64,000 nucleotides of DNA from Podarcis pityusensis (taxonomy: Eukaryota), in NCBI GenBank assembly GCA_964106645.2, contig OZ067039.1; one strand, given 5' to 3'. Positions 1 through 14,330 of the stretch are shown piece by piece (position 1 is the stretch's first letter; each line of letters opens with the position of its first letter). The notes beneath the pieces were generated by a model. It was not told the DNA's origin and searched no databases. It was given only the letters and a program-made list of their open reading frames with translations. Position numbers and translations under genes: made by a program.

Positions 1-243
1 TCAAACCCAAGGGGGGGGAAAGTACTCTATACATTTACTTGAGAATTGCATGCCTAATAGTACCTGTAGCATATTTGCTTCTAATTTCTATTGCTTATGA
101 GGATGACTTTTCTCTATACTTTTCATACACAGCTATGCTGCCTCTACAATACAATACAAAAAAAAAATCACCAGTATGAACCTGTGCCAGGTAGTGTGTA
201 GAACCTTGACCATTAACATAATTATTCAGGGCTCATTGAAATA

Positions 244-366
244 TTTCTTGGTAGTGGCGCCCACCCTGTGGGACGCCCTCCCATCAGATGTCAAGGAAAT
301 AAACAACTATCTGACTTTTAAAAGACATCTGAAGACAGCCCTGTTCAGGGAAGTTTTAAATGTTTG
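244..366 (+). mobile_element. L2 LINE 3' fragment
   Basis: [32 protein letters not shown] is the L2 ORF2 C-terminus; same family as 47072-47418. Confidence 0.75.
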
Positions 367-2439
367 AAGTTTTCTAGATTTCTAGCAAATACTTCTATAA
401 AACTTGAGCAAATTATGTCATATTTTTTTCTGTCATTTGAATGAACTTGAGAATGGTAGCTACTCCTAGTTCAAATGGCTGGAGAACTAATGGCTCAAAC
501 TTCATGAAAAATGGCACCTAGAAGGACATATCTAGTTTAAAAAAAATACTATTAATGACTCTATTGTTTCAATTCATTTTATGCTCCTTTACATCCATGT
601 TTCTAGCTTTCATTTCCCTCCTCTACTCTTTCCCTGCTCCATATCATGAACCCAGATAGCATAACTGCATAGTTTTACATATATTTATTGATTGCATAGC
701 ATGTAATTAATCCATTGATCATTCACATTGTCAATTAATCTTGGCTCCGTTAGCCTATGTTTGCAACTAAGGCTGTAATCCATCTGTCCCCTTCTGCTTG
801 TCAGTGGGCGATGGAAAGCAGAGCTCACTCCATCAGCTCTGCTGTGACAGACCTAGCCATGGCTACTCAAAAAACAGTCCCATGTAATTCAATGAGGTTT
901 ACTCACAGTTAAATGGGGTTGGGATTACAGTATAAGACTGCAATCCTATACCCACTTACTTTGAGGCTCATCCAGCTGAACTTGGATGGGAATGAGTAGA
1001 TATGCATATATTTCACTGTAAAGTAGGATCTCTCTACAATTGCAACCCTGCCTCCAGTTCCTCAGGTATAGAACACATGCATAATTAAGGGCAGGATTGC
1101 ATCCACAGCTATCACACAGAACTACCCCTGGGGATGCACACATGCCATGGTAATTTCTCTGCTCATAGAATCCTATCCCGAGAATGTTAGGCTACAGTCC
1201 TACACACACTTACACGGAAGCAAATCCTATTGAACTGAATGGAATTCCTACTAAGGAAACATCTTTAAGAATGCACTAGTAGTTTCACTCAACATTAGCT
1301 GTGATGTGATCCACTTGTCCCATGGATTTCAAATGACCAAAATGTAACTTTCTCCAAATTGGGACCATAGAACTGTCACATATTAAATGTAATTAGTACA
1401 AACTCCTTCATGACAGGAACATTCACCTGCACATACACACCCAACTCTACAGATCAGCCTTTCTCAACTTTGGGTTCCCAGATGTTGTTGGACTACAACA
1501 CGCATTATCCTAGCTAGCAGGACCAGTGGTCAGGGATGATGGAACCTCGTGGCAAGAAGCAGGGGGTGGGGTGGTCGGCGAGAGCTTTAAAATAAAGAGG
1601 CGCATCTTGGCCATCAAAGATGACGGTCCCTTTTCCACACAGAGGAGGGTTTGGGGGTGTTACAGTCTGAAGGTGGGGGGGGGGCACGGAAGGAGAGGAA
1701 TCCAGTACAAGCATGAAAATGATGGCGTTGGAACTGACCTGTTTGTGTGTGTGTGTTTAGAGGAGGCGTGGGTGGGGGCAGAATGGAGAAGATTGAGGGG
1801 AGGAGGATCAAAGCCCCGGCAGCTCCCACGTAGTTCGGTGTGCGTTGATTAGACACGCTCCATGGTGTGTAGGAGGGAACGGCATGAATGAACAGGGGAG
1901 GCAAAGAGGAAAAGGACTTGCTTTGGTGCACAGGTGCGCAAGGCTGGATGGAGGAACCACTGCCCTCCGAAGCCCCTCAGAGCGACCTCTAGGGGCAGAG
2001 CCTCCTTAAAAGGGCAAACGGGATTCTCTGGGTCCCACCAGCCTTTATTTGTGCAAAAGGGGTTTGGGTTCAGCCGGCATTATGACACCCAGGGCAGACT
2101 GCACCCCACACCCCTTGGTTGCAAGGCAGAATAGTGCCTCAGTGGTAGGTTTATGTTGGACTGTCCATACTTCAGTCCCACCTCCCCTTTTAGTTTTTCT
2201 GCGATGCTTCACCAGTGTTACCACATTATTGCCATTTGGAGGGGCACTATTGCACTATAGCAAGACAAATTCGGGGAAAACTCCACCCCACCGCTGCCCA
2301 GAATATGTGCGATATAAAAATAGGTCACAGCCGGTTTCAGCAATAAGCTATGGGACACTGCAAATGCAGCAGTATTTATTTATCTGTTTCTTAAAATTTA
2401 TATACCGCTTGATTGTAAAAATGAATCATGAATACACTA

Positions 2440-2658
2440 CAGTGGTACCTTGGGTTAAGAACTTAATTCGTTCTGGAGATCCGTTCTTAACCTGAAACTG
2501 TTCTTAACCCTGAGGTACCACTTTAGCTAATGGGGTCTCCCTCTCCTGCCGCCGCGTGATTTCTGTTCTCATCCTGAAGCAAAGTTCTTAACCCAAGGTA
2601 CTATTTCTGGGTTAGCAGAGTCTGTAACCTGAAGCGTCTGTAACCCGAGGTACCACTG
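2440..2658. mobile_element. Tc1/mariner (Tigger-like) MITE
   Basis: TIRs cagtggtacct(t)gggtta and taacccgaggtaccactg, TA on both flanks; second copy at 45535. Confidence 0.85.
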
Positions 2659-2712
2659 TATTTATTTATTTATTTTTAGTCTCAATGCCTTCATTTATTA
2701 TCTTAGTTTTAC

Positions 2713-3570
2713 TTTTTTTTAATATACATTTTTATTAGTTTTTACATATATTTTCCAAACAGAACATTTCATCTCATCTCATCTTATATAACATTTTGGG
2801 TATTTTAGCCTTAGACTTCCATCAACCACGTCTAATGATTTTCAGACCTCATCTCTTAATCTTACATTTGTTATCCTAACTATTACTTTTAATATAATCC
2901 ATAACTTAAAATCCATTCTCATAAATCTTTTCTGCAGTATTTCATATAGTTCTTCTTACAAAACTTCTTGTAGTCCTACAAGCATAGTTGGTTGGTTACA
3001 ATTGTCTTTCCGATAACTTGTATATTTACTCCAATCTTTCAAGAATTTCTGGTCCTGCTGGTTTCAAATTCTCCCTGTCATATTATCCAATTCTGCGTAG
3101 TCCATCAATTTCATCTGCCATCCCTCTTTGGTCGGTAGTTCTTCCTGCCTCTATTTCTGTGCCAATACTCACGCTGCAGTTTGTCGCATATAAAAACAGT
3201 TTTTTATCTTGTCTTTTAATGTCAGTGCCTACAATACTAAGTAAAAATGGTTCTGGGTTTTTTTTTTATAAATGTATATTTCAACATCTTTTTCATCTCA
3301 TTATAAATCATTTCCCAGAAGCCTTTCACTTTTTTACATTCCCATCACAGATGATAAAAGTGCCTTCCTTTTCCTTACATTTCCAACATTTATTACTTAT
3401 TTTATACATTTTAGCTAATTTTGCTGGTGTAATATACCATCTATACATCATTTTCATTACATTTTCTTTCAAAGCACTACATGCAGTAAATTTTGTTCCT
3501 TCTTTCCATAATTTCTCACAGTCTTTTAGCTGTATATTATAACCAAAGATGAATGCACTATTTTTAAGGC
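2713..3570 (-). mobile_element. L1-clade LINE 3' fragment, degraded
   Basis: Minus-strand translation includes MMYRWYITPAKLAKMYKISNKCWKCKEKEGT (C-terminal zinc knuckle); T-rich tail on +. Confidence 0.75.
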
Positions 3571-4336
3571 CATCTGCAGAGGCCCTTTGCCTCTCTAGAC
3601 ACAGTAGCACATGCTGCTTTCAGCCCCATTTCAAGCCCTGGAGCATCCCTGAGATCTGAGATGAAAAGGAAGTTGCCACGAATTGGAGATGGAGGCTTCC
3701 CCTGGCTCTGCGCTGTCCTTTTGTGACTTCTCTGTAGCTGAATGTGCTCTCCAGCATGCCAGTGGAGGCTGCAGAAGTCGGGGAGTTGCTGAGGAAACAC
3801 AGAGCTCTTTGCACAGGTTCTGGCTTGAGCCTGGCCATCTTCCGGAGGGAAGTGTGGGGAAAGGGTCAGAAGGCCTGACCTGAAGAGGATCTATTTGGGG
3901 TTGCATGGCTGCTTTTGAGCATAGCTGGAGCCTTTAGTTCTATGGACAGACCTACAGCTATGGAAAGAGAGAAATCTAAAAACAAAAGGGGGGGAAATTC
4001 TTTTAATGATCAAGTAGAGCAAATGCAAAAATGGCAAAAGATTAAGGTTTTCATTTGGGGGTGGCAGAGCTGGCTTTAGTTTAGGAGATGAAATGGGCAG
4101 GGCAGGGCCTTCTCTGTTGCAACACACATACACCCCAGTGGAATTAATTACGACTTGTTACTATAGATATTTAAAAAGTGATGTCAAGAGATCTCCCTCC
4201 CCTCTTTGGCTATGGTAGCAAATAGGGAACAGGGAGGGAGAGAACCCCTCTCCACTGCCCTCTGGCTCTGCAGTCTGCTGGGCAAAGCCATAAACAGCTC
4301 CTCAAAAACTGAATGGGTTAAATTGATTTAGGAGAA

Positions 4337-4509
4337 GGGCTGCAGCTCAGTTGGTAGAGCATCTGCTTTGCTGCAGAAAGTCCCGGGTTCAAGTGCACAG
4401 CGTCTCCAGGCAGGGCTGGGGCAGACTCCATCTGCATCCTGGAGGGCCACTGCCAGTCAGTGAAGGCATACTGAGCTAGATGCCGCAGTGGCAGCTTCCT
4501 ATGTTCCTA
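4337..4509 (+). mobile_element. tRNA-derived SINE (Squam3-like)
   Basis: tRNA-like head agctcagttggtagagcatctgctttg...ggttcaa and tail cagcttcctatgttccta. Confidence 0.7.
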
Positions 4510-4569
4510 AATCTTGCAGTCTTAAAAAGAAACGAAACCAAACACGTTTATTACTGACAGCATATAGAG

Positions 4570-4625
4570 TTCCCGCTTGGGCACCCGATCAGGCCCTGAT
4601 CTGCTTAGCCTTAGCAAGGCTTCTT
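4570..4625 (-). mobile_element. 5S-rRNA-derived SINE fragment
   Basis: Minus strand gctaagcagatcagggcctgatc resembles the 5S internal control region; related copy at about 31310-31425 (+). Confidence 0.45.
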
Positions 4626-4779
4626 CATTGTGCACCTACTTTTCACTGGGGCTTCCAGTGACCTCCTTTGTGGTTAGTTCCACCTTGGCCACACTCCTGG
4701 GCACCGTTATCCAGGCATGATGAGCCCTGGAGTCGGAACCTGCGACTCCTGTGAGATCCAGACCTCTGGCCCTTTAAGC

Positions 4780-5346
4780 CCGCACGGGGCCGCTCTTCTA
4801 AGTTGTGTAATTATGGAGCGGAGTTTGCCTTGGACCTGGGCCAAGGGCTGCAGCTGGAGGAGAAGCCACTTAACTCCAAGCTGCTGCTGTTCTGGGACTA
4901 GTCCTTCCCCCGCTCCCCTTTTCTAAATAGCGGGATCAGTGGCCGTTTCTGCAAACACAGCTCTGCTCTCAGGAAAGACGCGACAGCGAGTGGGAGAATG
5001 CGGGGAAGGGAGGAGGACAGCTAGGAGGCTGGAGGGTTGAGCAGGCTTAGTCCCTCATCCATGGGACAGCTGGGGCCTCTGGTTTCCTCTGTGTTGCTGG
5101 TGCCTCTTTTGGGAGGCTCCCTGTTGGGCAGAGAGAGAGAGAGAGAAGAAAAGCCAGCACCGATCGCTGGATTGCAAGCAGGGAGAAGAGCTGCCGCAGC
5201 AGACCTAGTGTAGAATTGGTATCTTCCAACAGGTGGGCTGGAGGCGTGCACGGTTCTGCTAGCAGAGGTGTGTGTTCTTCCCTCGCCACAAGGGGGCAGC
5301 AGTCCCCGGAAGGAGCGCTGGTCAGTGGACACTGCTTCAGGTGAGG
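4780..5346 (+). promoter_or_regulatory. CpG-enriched candidate alternative promoter or non-coding first exon with a CTCF-like site
   Basis: Local CpG enrichment outside recognisable repeats, GA tract, cgccacaagggggcagc at about 5284-5300, donor cag|gtgagg at 5341. Confidence 0.35.
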
Positions 5347-5839
5347 GATTAAGGATGAAAAGGTGGGTAGAAACCCCCATTGCGGCCGAAGGGACCACAC
5401 TTATTTATTGTTATTTATTATGTTGTTATTTATTTATGCATTACATTTATTCATTTACTTGTTATGCTGTATTCATTAATTAAGCTATACACTGCCCATT
5501 GACCAGGTTTGAGCCACGATAGGTAAATGGGAGGCATTTGCTATATTCTTTTGTTTATTATGGGTGGGATTCAACTCACCAGCCCCAGGAGCGGAAGCTG
5601 CAACAGGACTTCCTTGGGGACTTTGCCCCCTTTCCTCCCCTGTGCAGCCCGTGCTTGGTGGGAGGGGGTGTTGAGAAAACCCCCAGAACAGCAGACGGGG
5701 GGGGAGGGGGGAGAGGGATTTGCTCTGTCTGGCAAGCTGAAACGTTTGCCCTGATGGAACGATTGTCACAAAGCTGCCTTGAATTCCTCCCTGTGTTTAT
5801 ATCCTGCCGTTCCTCGGGGTGACCCAAAATGGCATTTGT

Positions 5840-6015
5840 GGTTCTTCCATGACCCCTCTTTGTCGCATCCTCGCAATAACCCTGAGAGATGGGTTAGGCT
5901 GAGAGAGAGTGTGTGTGTCACAGGGCCAAGGTCTCTCAGCGAGCTTTGTGGCTGAGAAGAGGTGTGAACCTGGGTCTCCAGAGTCCTAGCTCAATGCTCA
6001 AACCACTACACCATC
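5840..6015 (-). mobile_element. MIR-like (CORE) SINE
   Basis: tcctcgcaataaccctg...ttaggctgagag...gaacctgggtctcc...accactacacc; related + copy at about 33300-33495. Confidence 0.55.
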
Positions 6016-6395
6016 TTGGGCACCAGATGCTGGGGATAAGCAAGGAGAGAAGGCCCCTCTTGCCTTCATGGCCTGTGGCCTTCCAGATATGTCTGTCTAC
6101 TGCTGGAGACAGATTGCTGGCCTAGGTGAACTTTGGTTTGGATTCAATAAGGGAGTCCTAACATTAGTATTCATAAGGTGCAGGGCAGTTTACAACCACA
6201 GTGTACATTGGGTTGGATCCAGACTTTGCCTCCTGTGAAAGCAAGGGCACTTTCCAGTCACGGAAGAATCCTACTGGCAGAACACGGAAGGAGCTGATTT
6301 TTGCTGAATGTCCTCTTCTCCTGAAGCCTGCTTTTTCTCCTGAAATTCGGCTTTGGAGGGGGGGGTGGCTCTAGAGAGTGTGGGTCTCCCCCCTT

Positions 6396-6396
<1 letters not shown>

Positions 6397-6452
<56 letters not shown>
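6397..6452. repeat. (CT)n/(CTTT)n microsatellite
   Basis: Direct inspection. Confidence 0.9.
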
Positions 6453-6453
<1 letters not shown>

Positions 6454-8546
6454 TGGAGGAGAAGACATTCTCAGCTGCTCGGAAGCAACCTCTGTTTTCC
6501 CCTCCTATGTTGCTGGCCTGTAGCTCCAGCCTGCATGGCCGACAGTCAAGGTTGATGCAAGTCATAACCCAACATTTGGACAGCACCAAGTTGCGGGAGG
6601 TTGTTCTAAGCAGAACCTGAGAAGTGGGGTATGAAATGCATAGCTCTTGAAAAGAAAAGTTCGTAAGTTTTTGCCTCTGCTGTTTATTTGGAGTCTCTCC
6701 TTCTTCTCTCTTTAAGTTGCCCAAGATTCCCCAGCGACATATGGCTTAGATCTTGCGTGACTCGTCCAGAGCAATTTGTTCTGCAGCCTCCTCCCTGGAA
6801 TCTCCCCCCCTCCGCCGTTCCCCTAGTGGGGAGAGTTTCATCCTTGGACTCTGGCTGGCGGGAGGCCATTCAGGGGAGGCATCAGGGACAGTAAGAAGGC
6901 TGCCCTGCAAATCCCTTTGGTGGGCTTTCCTCGCACACAGGGCCTGACAGATTAACGTACTTGGAGGTGGTGTGGATTTCCACCCATTCTGCAAGCCACA
7001 ATGCCCTTTTTGTCTTCCCTTATGTCATGTTTTGCCTTCCCCTATAGCGAGTGGATTGGCTTGCATCCAAAAGTCATCTGGAACTGCTTTGCCCTTGTGA
7101 GCTCATGAGAGGTACCGCCTTGCCGGATCAGACCAAAAGCTGCATCTAGTCCAGGATTCAGTCTCTGTCAGCCTCTGGAGAGGGTGAGCAGAGTGGGTGG
7201 GGCACATTTTTTGAATGCTTCCCGAGCTAGCAAAAACAAAAACTCCCTACCAGTAGAAAAGCAGTGCATCAGGAAGATGGGATCAAGCTCAGCCTGCTCC
7301 TTCCTGCGCTGATTTTCTGCATGCAGGGAGATTTTTGTTTTAATTAACTTACTTTAATTTAAAATACTCACGTAAGCCTTCCCATCACAGCTTACTAAAG
7401 GTGATTTAAAGAAAAAGAAAATACACTTCAACAGGAAAATGGCCACAACTTAAAACTCAGCTTGCAGTTCTTTCAATTGAAACCATCAATTAACTAATTA
7501 AAGGTCCTTTTAAAAAGTTGATAAAGATGGGGCTATACGTACTTCTTCTGGGGGAGAGTTCCAAGAATTCGAGGCCACTATGGCAAAGATCCTCATGCCT
7601 GTCAGCCTGACGGAGGGATTGAAAGCAGAGCCTCAGAAGCTGTCTCAAGGCCTGGGCAGGTTCACGTGGCTGCAAGCCGTCCTTCAAGCAACCTGTTTCC
7701 AAACCCTTTATGCCACGGGCAGGGAAACTTTCAGCCACGTGTCAGTGGTGGGTGGAGCAGGGGTGCAAATTTTACCTTTGTCCAGTAGGCACGCTCCCAC
7801 ACACCCCTCTCTGTCCAGGCAGACTAAGGGCATTTTCAGAGTCCCAGGACATGTTCCAGCCAACCAAAAACACTTGGGCCAGTGACGGGTGTAGCCTGGG
7901 GAGCATTTGAGAGCCAGCTAGAGTGGCCTCAAGGTCCACATTTGGGCCCCAGGCCTGAGATTTCCCTCCCCAAGTTTATGGCTTCAAAGAGGGAGCCTAG
8001 AGCTTTCAATCAAACCTTTTATATTCCTTTAATGTAGAGGAGCATCAAAAATGTGATCCCCTGCAACCACTCTAGTATCACCTCCTTCATGCAGAGGTCC
8101 TTAGAAGAGGCATAGGGAAGGCTGAGATCCAAGGCAGCCCAGGTTTGAAGACTGATGCATAAATGGACCTAGCTAAGCTCTTTTCCTGCTCTGTGCCTCA
8201 CCCCCCCCCTCCCCGCTGCTGTCTGTGGCATCTGGAAGGAGGGGAGTACAAAGCCCCCACCCCTCCAAGCTCAGAGGCCTGTCTATCCTTTGCAGATGTG
8301 CCATAAAAATGCAATGTCTTCCTTTTGCTAAGAAGCAGCCCAGCTCATCAGGCCGTGAGGCCTGCTAGCTGTGCAGTTGGCCTGTTGAGATGTACAGCCT
8401 AGACTTCCTCCTAGAGTTTCCCACATCCTGGCGACCTCCCCTCTGCCTCCCATGGGCTGGTCCAGATGTTTTCCCAGGCCAGGGCTTGCTGGAGGGATCA
8501 AGCCAGAGGGCTTGGGAGGGGGAGGCAAGAAGCTTCCTCCAGAACA

Positions 8547-8571
8547 GTGCGTGTGTGTGTGTGTGCGCACA

Positions 8572-8614
<43 letters not shown>
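8547..8614. repeat. Compound (GT)n-gcgc-(AC)n microsatellite, self-complementary, alternating purine-pyrimidine
   Basis: Direct inspection. Confidence 0.9.
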
Positions 8615-8616
<2 letters not shown>

Positions 8617-9682
8617 GCTCCACATCCCAAAAGTTTCCCACAACCGAACCGCAGGAGAACATTAAAGATTGGAGGCTGTTTGTGTCTGAGAGAGGGCATG
8701 TGTATGTGGGGCAGGGTGTGGCGATGAGATGAAATGGGGCATGAGCAGCAGAGGGAACCCCAGACTAAAGACCCAAGTGCATTTGCAGAAAGTGGGAGAA
8801 AACTTGAATATGAGTAGTAAATGGATGGTGAATTATCCTGAGTTCTTTTCGACTACTCAGGCTACCACATCCCTTTAATCTGCTTCCATTAATTGTGTCC
8901 TTTTGAAACTGCAATACTGAGGTTTCAATCTCATGCATGCATGCTTGGGATCAAGGGTGCCAACTTGCCCCCCACATTGCGGAGGCCCGGCGTCATGTGA
9001 TGTCATATGCACATCATGCGCAATGGGGGGGGGTGAACCAGGCGTTTACTAGCCTGCTGGCCCACACATTTCTCTGTTAAAAATGATGTGTGGCTGAAAG
9101 CAAAGACACACTTTTTAAAAAGCTTTGGATACTAGGAAGCTATTTCCGGCCATCTTGGTGATGACTATTTATAGGTCTGCCTGCGAGTAAAAATTACATT
9201 TGTTGGACTTCGTTCTGAGGGCCAAATTAGACATGACATGCCCAACGTTTCCCCCTCCACGGCTAATCATAGTTCCAAAGTATGTGTGTGTGATTTGGAT
9301 CTGGGCCATGGCAGGGGAGCAAGCATTTGATGCTCCCCTCATGCCCTCCTCCATTATGCTGATCTAACCCTGTGGCTGCTTTTAGCAATCAAAAAAGGTA
9401 ACTGGAGATGCATTCCTGTGCCTCTGCTGTTAATTTCTCCCCTTTCTGTGCCTGCATGTATTCTTATTAGTAGCAGCATTTGGTGGTATTCAGCTCCTGT
9501 GTCGCATTAGTGCAAGGATTTCCACATGCACTATGGGACTCCCCCCACTTTCCCCACATGTACCCCAGAAACACCTAGGACAGATTTAAGGGGAGAACAG
9601 GAAGGAGAGGGAGAGAATAGTCTATTGCACAAGCAGAAATCCTTCTGCTGACAGAATGTTCACCTAGCACTGTGTTTAATGT

Positions 9683-9767
9683 ATTTTTAATCTTTTGTTG
9701 GAAGCTGCCCAGAGTGACTGGGGAAACCCAGCCAGATGGGTGGGGTAGAAATAATAAATTATTATCA

Positions 9768-9799
<32 letters not shown>
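9683..9799 (+). mobile_element. L2 3' tail with (TTA)n
   Basis: ggaagctgcccagagtgactggggaaacccagccagatgggtggggta is the reverse-complement match of the 47072 tail. Confidence 0.75.
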
Positions 9800-9800
<1 letters not shown>

Positions 9801-11699
9801 GTTGGATACTTAGAATCATAGAATTTGAGGGAAGGGCCCAAAGCCTACCCCCTGCAATGCAGGAATTTCAACTAAAGAACCCCTAACAGATGCCCATCTA
9901 AGTTGTTGTTATTGTTATTAGTACTGAATCACTTTTCACATAAATCTCAATCCGGCAAACGATGCAAATAATTACCCAAAGCAGAGACCTAAAGAAAAGT
10001 ATTCAATTGTTCCTGGAAATGTGTCTGTCAAATCTGAAGAGGAATGCTGTTCCACAAAATGGGCAGCCAAACTGAAAGCCTTGCTCCAAGTTGTTGTGGA
10101 GCATCTGATGGATTCAAGTTCCTGAAAGCTTTTCCTTAAGTTGGGGCTTATCCACACTTCCTCTCGTTCTGCTGGAAGAAATCGCTCTTTGAGCTCAGCT
10201 GGAGCAAATGACAAATTGATTGCCATTTGTTCCGATCTACCCTAAGAGTGGGTTTTAACTTGGAAAGGAAGGGGGCAAAGGGTAGACCACTAGGACCTGT
10301 GTCTAGAAAGTGCTTTCCAGGCATGACACAAGCAGAAGTTTGGATGAGCCCTTAGTCTTTTAAGCTGCTACAAGATTCTCCTTGTTTTGACTATTAAGCT
10401 TTTCTCCTGTTTCCTGCTCTTGACTTCACTTCCCATCAATAATGGTGTAAAACATTATTTCAGAAGGTGTGGGGAAGGGGAAGAGGGGTGGATTATGAGT
10501 CATTGAGTCCTAGGTCTCTTATTCTAAGTCATAATCCTTACCCCTTTTTTCAGCCTCTGAAGATGACTGTAAGAGAGCAGGGGTGGGGAAATGGATCCCT
10601 TCCTCCCTCTCTCCCTGCAGGCCAAGTTTGGCAGTTGGTAGCAGTCACCTAAATGATAAAATTCCACAAGAATGCAGCAAATACATAAAAATCCAAAAAC
10701 TGCATTCATTCCTTCAGTGCAAAGAATGTGCAACAGAACTATTCCTCACTCTCCTCCGTTTGCCTGCACCCAGTACCTTCCTCAAATCTGCTCAGGAAGG
10801 TTGTGGAGGGGAACTCAGAGAAGATTAAGTGTGTGCGATGGGAAAACTCCATTGCACAAGCATAAACCCTTGCTCTAACTGAACAACTTTTACTTAGAGC
10901 TACATTGGATTCAACCCATAATTCACAGCCCTGTAATTTCTGGAATTGAGATTTGAAAGTGATAGGACTACGCTATTCAACTCTGGTTCCATTTTGAATG
11001 TTAACCCAGCTGTGAACCACCAAGAGGCTGCACAATCAGCTGTATAATTTTATCCCACCAGGTAGGTGTGTCCTACCCCCAGGATTGGAGATGCCTGCTC
11101 AGCCACAAAACAAAATCTGTATATTCAAAACTCCCAAGCTTTGCTTCAAGAGGCAATTTAGATGAAGGATAGGGAGAAAGGGTGGGGAATCCTCTTTCTG
11201 CCCCAAAAGGCAAGTCATTCAGAGGGCAACAGCTGGCAGGTCACAAGGACCTGATTAGATTCAAAATGCTTATTGATTGTTTTTTGGAGTGCTAATAACA
11301 ATCTGGCAAATTAAACTGCACCCCCAACTCCCCCAGGCTTCAGAAGAGAAGATATTCTCCATCCCACTTGGTGTTTGTTTGTTTGTTTCTTTAATTAAAG
11401 GCACAGGTCACAAAAGAATACCCTGCGTCATGTGCAACAGGCACCTCTTTTGTCTGCTTACTTAATTGTACCCTTGTTCACACACAGTGTAATTTCAGTT
11501 GTGTTGATAGTTGGTTTGACAAAGGCACTCTGACCTGCCACTTTGCACCACATGATGGGACAGAGGCAGGAGCTACAACTAGCTTTGACACCCAGACAAA
11601 ACTACGTGGTTTGATTGAGCCCCACAGCTTTCCAGGTCTGAAAAAAAATAGGACCCATTGAGGCAATGTGTTTTGCATTTAAAAAAAAAAATCTCATAA

Positions 11700-11825
11700 A
11701 CTCAGTGGATAGAGCATGGGACTCTTAATCTCAGGGTTGTGGGTTTGAGCCCTAGAAAGATTCCAGCTTTGCAGGGGGTTGGACTAGATGACCCTTGGGG
11801 TTCCTTCCGACTTTACAGTTCCATT
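11700..11825 (+). mobile_element. tRNA-Lys-headed SINE with a CR1-derived tail
   Basis: agagcatgggactcttaatctcagggttgtgggtttgagccc followed by ggttggactagatgaccctt. Confidence 0.65.
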
Positions 11826-12490
11826 ATTAGTATCATAGAATCATAGAATTGTAGGGTTGGAAGGAACCCTGAGGGCCTTCTAGTCCAGCCCCCTGCAATA
11901 CCTCTTCCTCTTGCGCAGCACATTCTTGTGCAGAGGGATCAGTTTTGTCCTGCAAAGGAGACTTGGCCAACCAGAATCTTTGCCTGATGTTAGTTTGGAA
12001 GTTGCTTTGGAAGTTCGATTGCAGTGCAACACGGGAGCGCCTGACTCTTACCTACCTAGTTTTCATGATGTAGCCCAGGAACAGAAATAAACTCTTCTTA
12101 GTATGGAGTGTGACCAAGATGGGAGCGGGGAAGAGTTTGTTTTTGTAAGGGAGCTTCTTAAGGAAGGATGATGGGCTCCAACATGTAAGCACAGGGTTCA
12201 TGTGCGTAGTGGTAAAATCACCCTCCCCTTCCCCCCAAATGTAGCCGTTCCTTTCCTGTGTGTGACTCATGGAAAAACGTTACACGTGTACACAAGGATC
12301 CCAGCTCCTGTTTGTCTAGGTAGGAAGGGGAATTCTTTTTCTGTCAAAGCCACATTGCTTATGGGGGCAATCCGTTGGGGGCTGCTAAGTTTATGTGGGT
12401 GTGACTGAATCCAGCAGTGGGCACAACCATAGCCCAAAGTGGGCATGGCCCCCTACTTTTCTTTTCTTTTTCCTGACATCTCCTGTGCCC

Positions 12491-12536
<46 letters not shown>

Positions 12537-12741
12537 AGAGTTTCTGACACCCGCTTCATTCTCCCCATCCCAAGGGCTTCCTGCCTGTGGTATTTTGAAA
12601 TTAGGTTGGAAGCCTAAGAGTCTGATCTGATTCTACATCATTTTGGTGATTTCATCACTAAGTGATTAATGATATGCTGTCACGGAGAGGGCAGCTGCAT
12701 AACGAAAAATAGATAAGGGGTATTTACAGTGCATGTTAAAA

Positions 12742-13104
12742 AGGATGCGGGTGGCGCTGTGGGTTAAACCACAGAGCCTAGGGCTTGCCCATCAGAAGGT
12801 CAGCAATTTGAATCCCCGCGACGGGGTGAGCTCCCGTTGCTCGGTCCCTGCTCCTGTCACCCTAGCAGTTTGAAAGCACGTCAAAGTGCAAGTAGATAAA
12901 TAGGTACCACTCCGGTGGGAAGGTAAACAGCGTTTCCGTGCACTGCTCTGGTTTTGCCAGAAGTGGCTTAGTCATGCTGGCCACATGACCCGGAAAAACT
13001 GTCTGCGGACAAACGCCGGCTCCCTCGACCTTTAAAGCAACATGAGCACGCAACCCCAGAGTCGTTCACGACTGGACTTAACTGTCAGGGGTCCTTTACC
13101 TTTA
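12742..13104 (+). mobile_element. Sauria SINE (lacertid/Podarcis type), near full length
   Basis: ggtggcgctgtgggttaaaccacagagcctaggg...gtgcaagtagataaataggtacc...cctttaccttta tail. Confidence 0.88.
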
Positions 13105-14001
13105 TATTTATATGTTGCAACTCCAAAACTCAGTGCTCATACTAAAATTCACAAGTTTAACAAAATGAACACACATAAGCCTATCCCTTCTGACAGTTCT
13201 GAACCTGGTCTTTAAAACTTTGCAGAACCTGTTTGGAACTTACAGCAAAGCATGGCATTGTGGAGGGTGGAAAGGTTAAAATGAAAAGGCTGTGAGAGAT
13301 GAGCTGGCGGCTCTCCCTTGCACGACGCGAAGACTTTTCCTTCTACACACAACCTACGTATTACTCAAACAACTCTTCAGAAGCAAGAGATCTAGGAACT
13401 TTCTTATATGATCCCATGGCAGAAGCTTGAGAATTTTAAGACTTCAAATGCTGTGACAGAATCTGTACAAAATTCTATATAGATGGTGTTTCATTTGCCT
13501 GTTTCGATAAGCAATTTGATTCAGTTTTGGAGATTAGTCATTGCTGATTTTACGAATGATGCTTACAGAACCTGTTGATTGAATTATTCTTTGGGAGTTT
13601 CAAGGCTCTACTTTTTTTTCAGTTGCAGTTTACATACCCTTATTTTAATATGAAAGATGCCTTGGGTGAATTTTGATTTGGAGAGGTGGCAAATAAATGA
13701 TTTAAAATAACTATAATAAATAAATGTGCTTGTTGTGTAAAGCAGGGATGTGGCCTAACCCTCTTTGGACCGAGGGCTGCCGTCCCCCTTGGCCAACTGG
13801 AGGGGGTGAATGCCAGGAGTGGGCATGACCCAAAGTAGGCGTGGCCACCCTTATCCCCCCCCCGCCCCCCACCACATGACGCAGCCTCTGCTCCGCAGCT
13901 GATCTCTGCTGTACAGCTGATGAGGGAAGTTGGTCTCCTCCTTGCTCATCAAATGATCAATTTGATTACTTGGGAGGGAAGCAACTTGCATCCCCATCAG
14001 G

Positions 14002-14330
14002 TAGGGGTGACAGGATCCCTCTGTTTCTCATTTTCCTCATCTTAAAAATACATATCTTCATGAAAATTCCTCAGCATTTTGGTGCAAATTTCCTCTAAAC
14101 ACATTTTTTGTTGGCAGTTTGTACACATTTTGCAAGCAATTTCTCCTAACATAATGCTTTTGTGTGATATTGTCAATCTGTTAATTTTTATACACATTTT
14201 CCCTTAATATAAGTGTTAAGTGTGAATTTTGAAGGATGGCTGTGTTTCTGTTCTTATATTGTTTCAGGAAGTCCAATTTTGATAAATTCAACTTTAAATG
14301 CAAACTGAGATGAATTTCTCCCCATCCCTA
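14002..14330. mobile_element. AT-rich hAT-like non-autonomous element, apparently nested in another hAT-like element (about 13743-14468)
   Basis: tagggg...cccatcccta ends; homologous to about 25770-26465 and 47421-47773. Confidence 0.6.

Noticed and set aside
6753-6776. LRDSSRA resembles the human TNS2 N-terminal peptide
   Set aside because: In-frame TAG two codons upstream and no suitable donor; likely chance.
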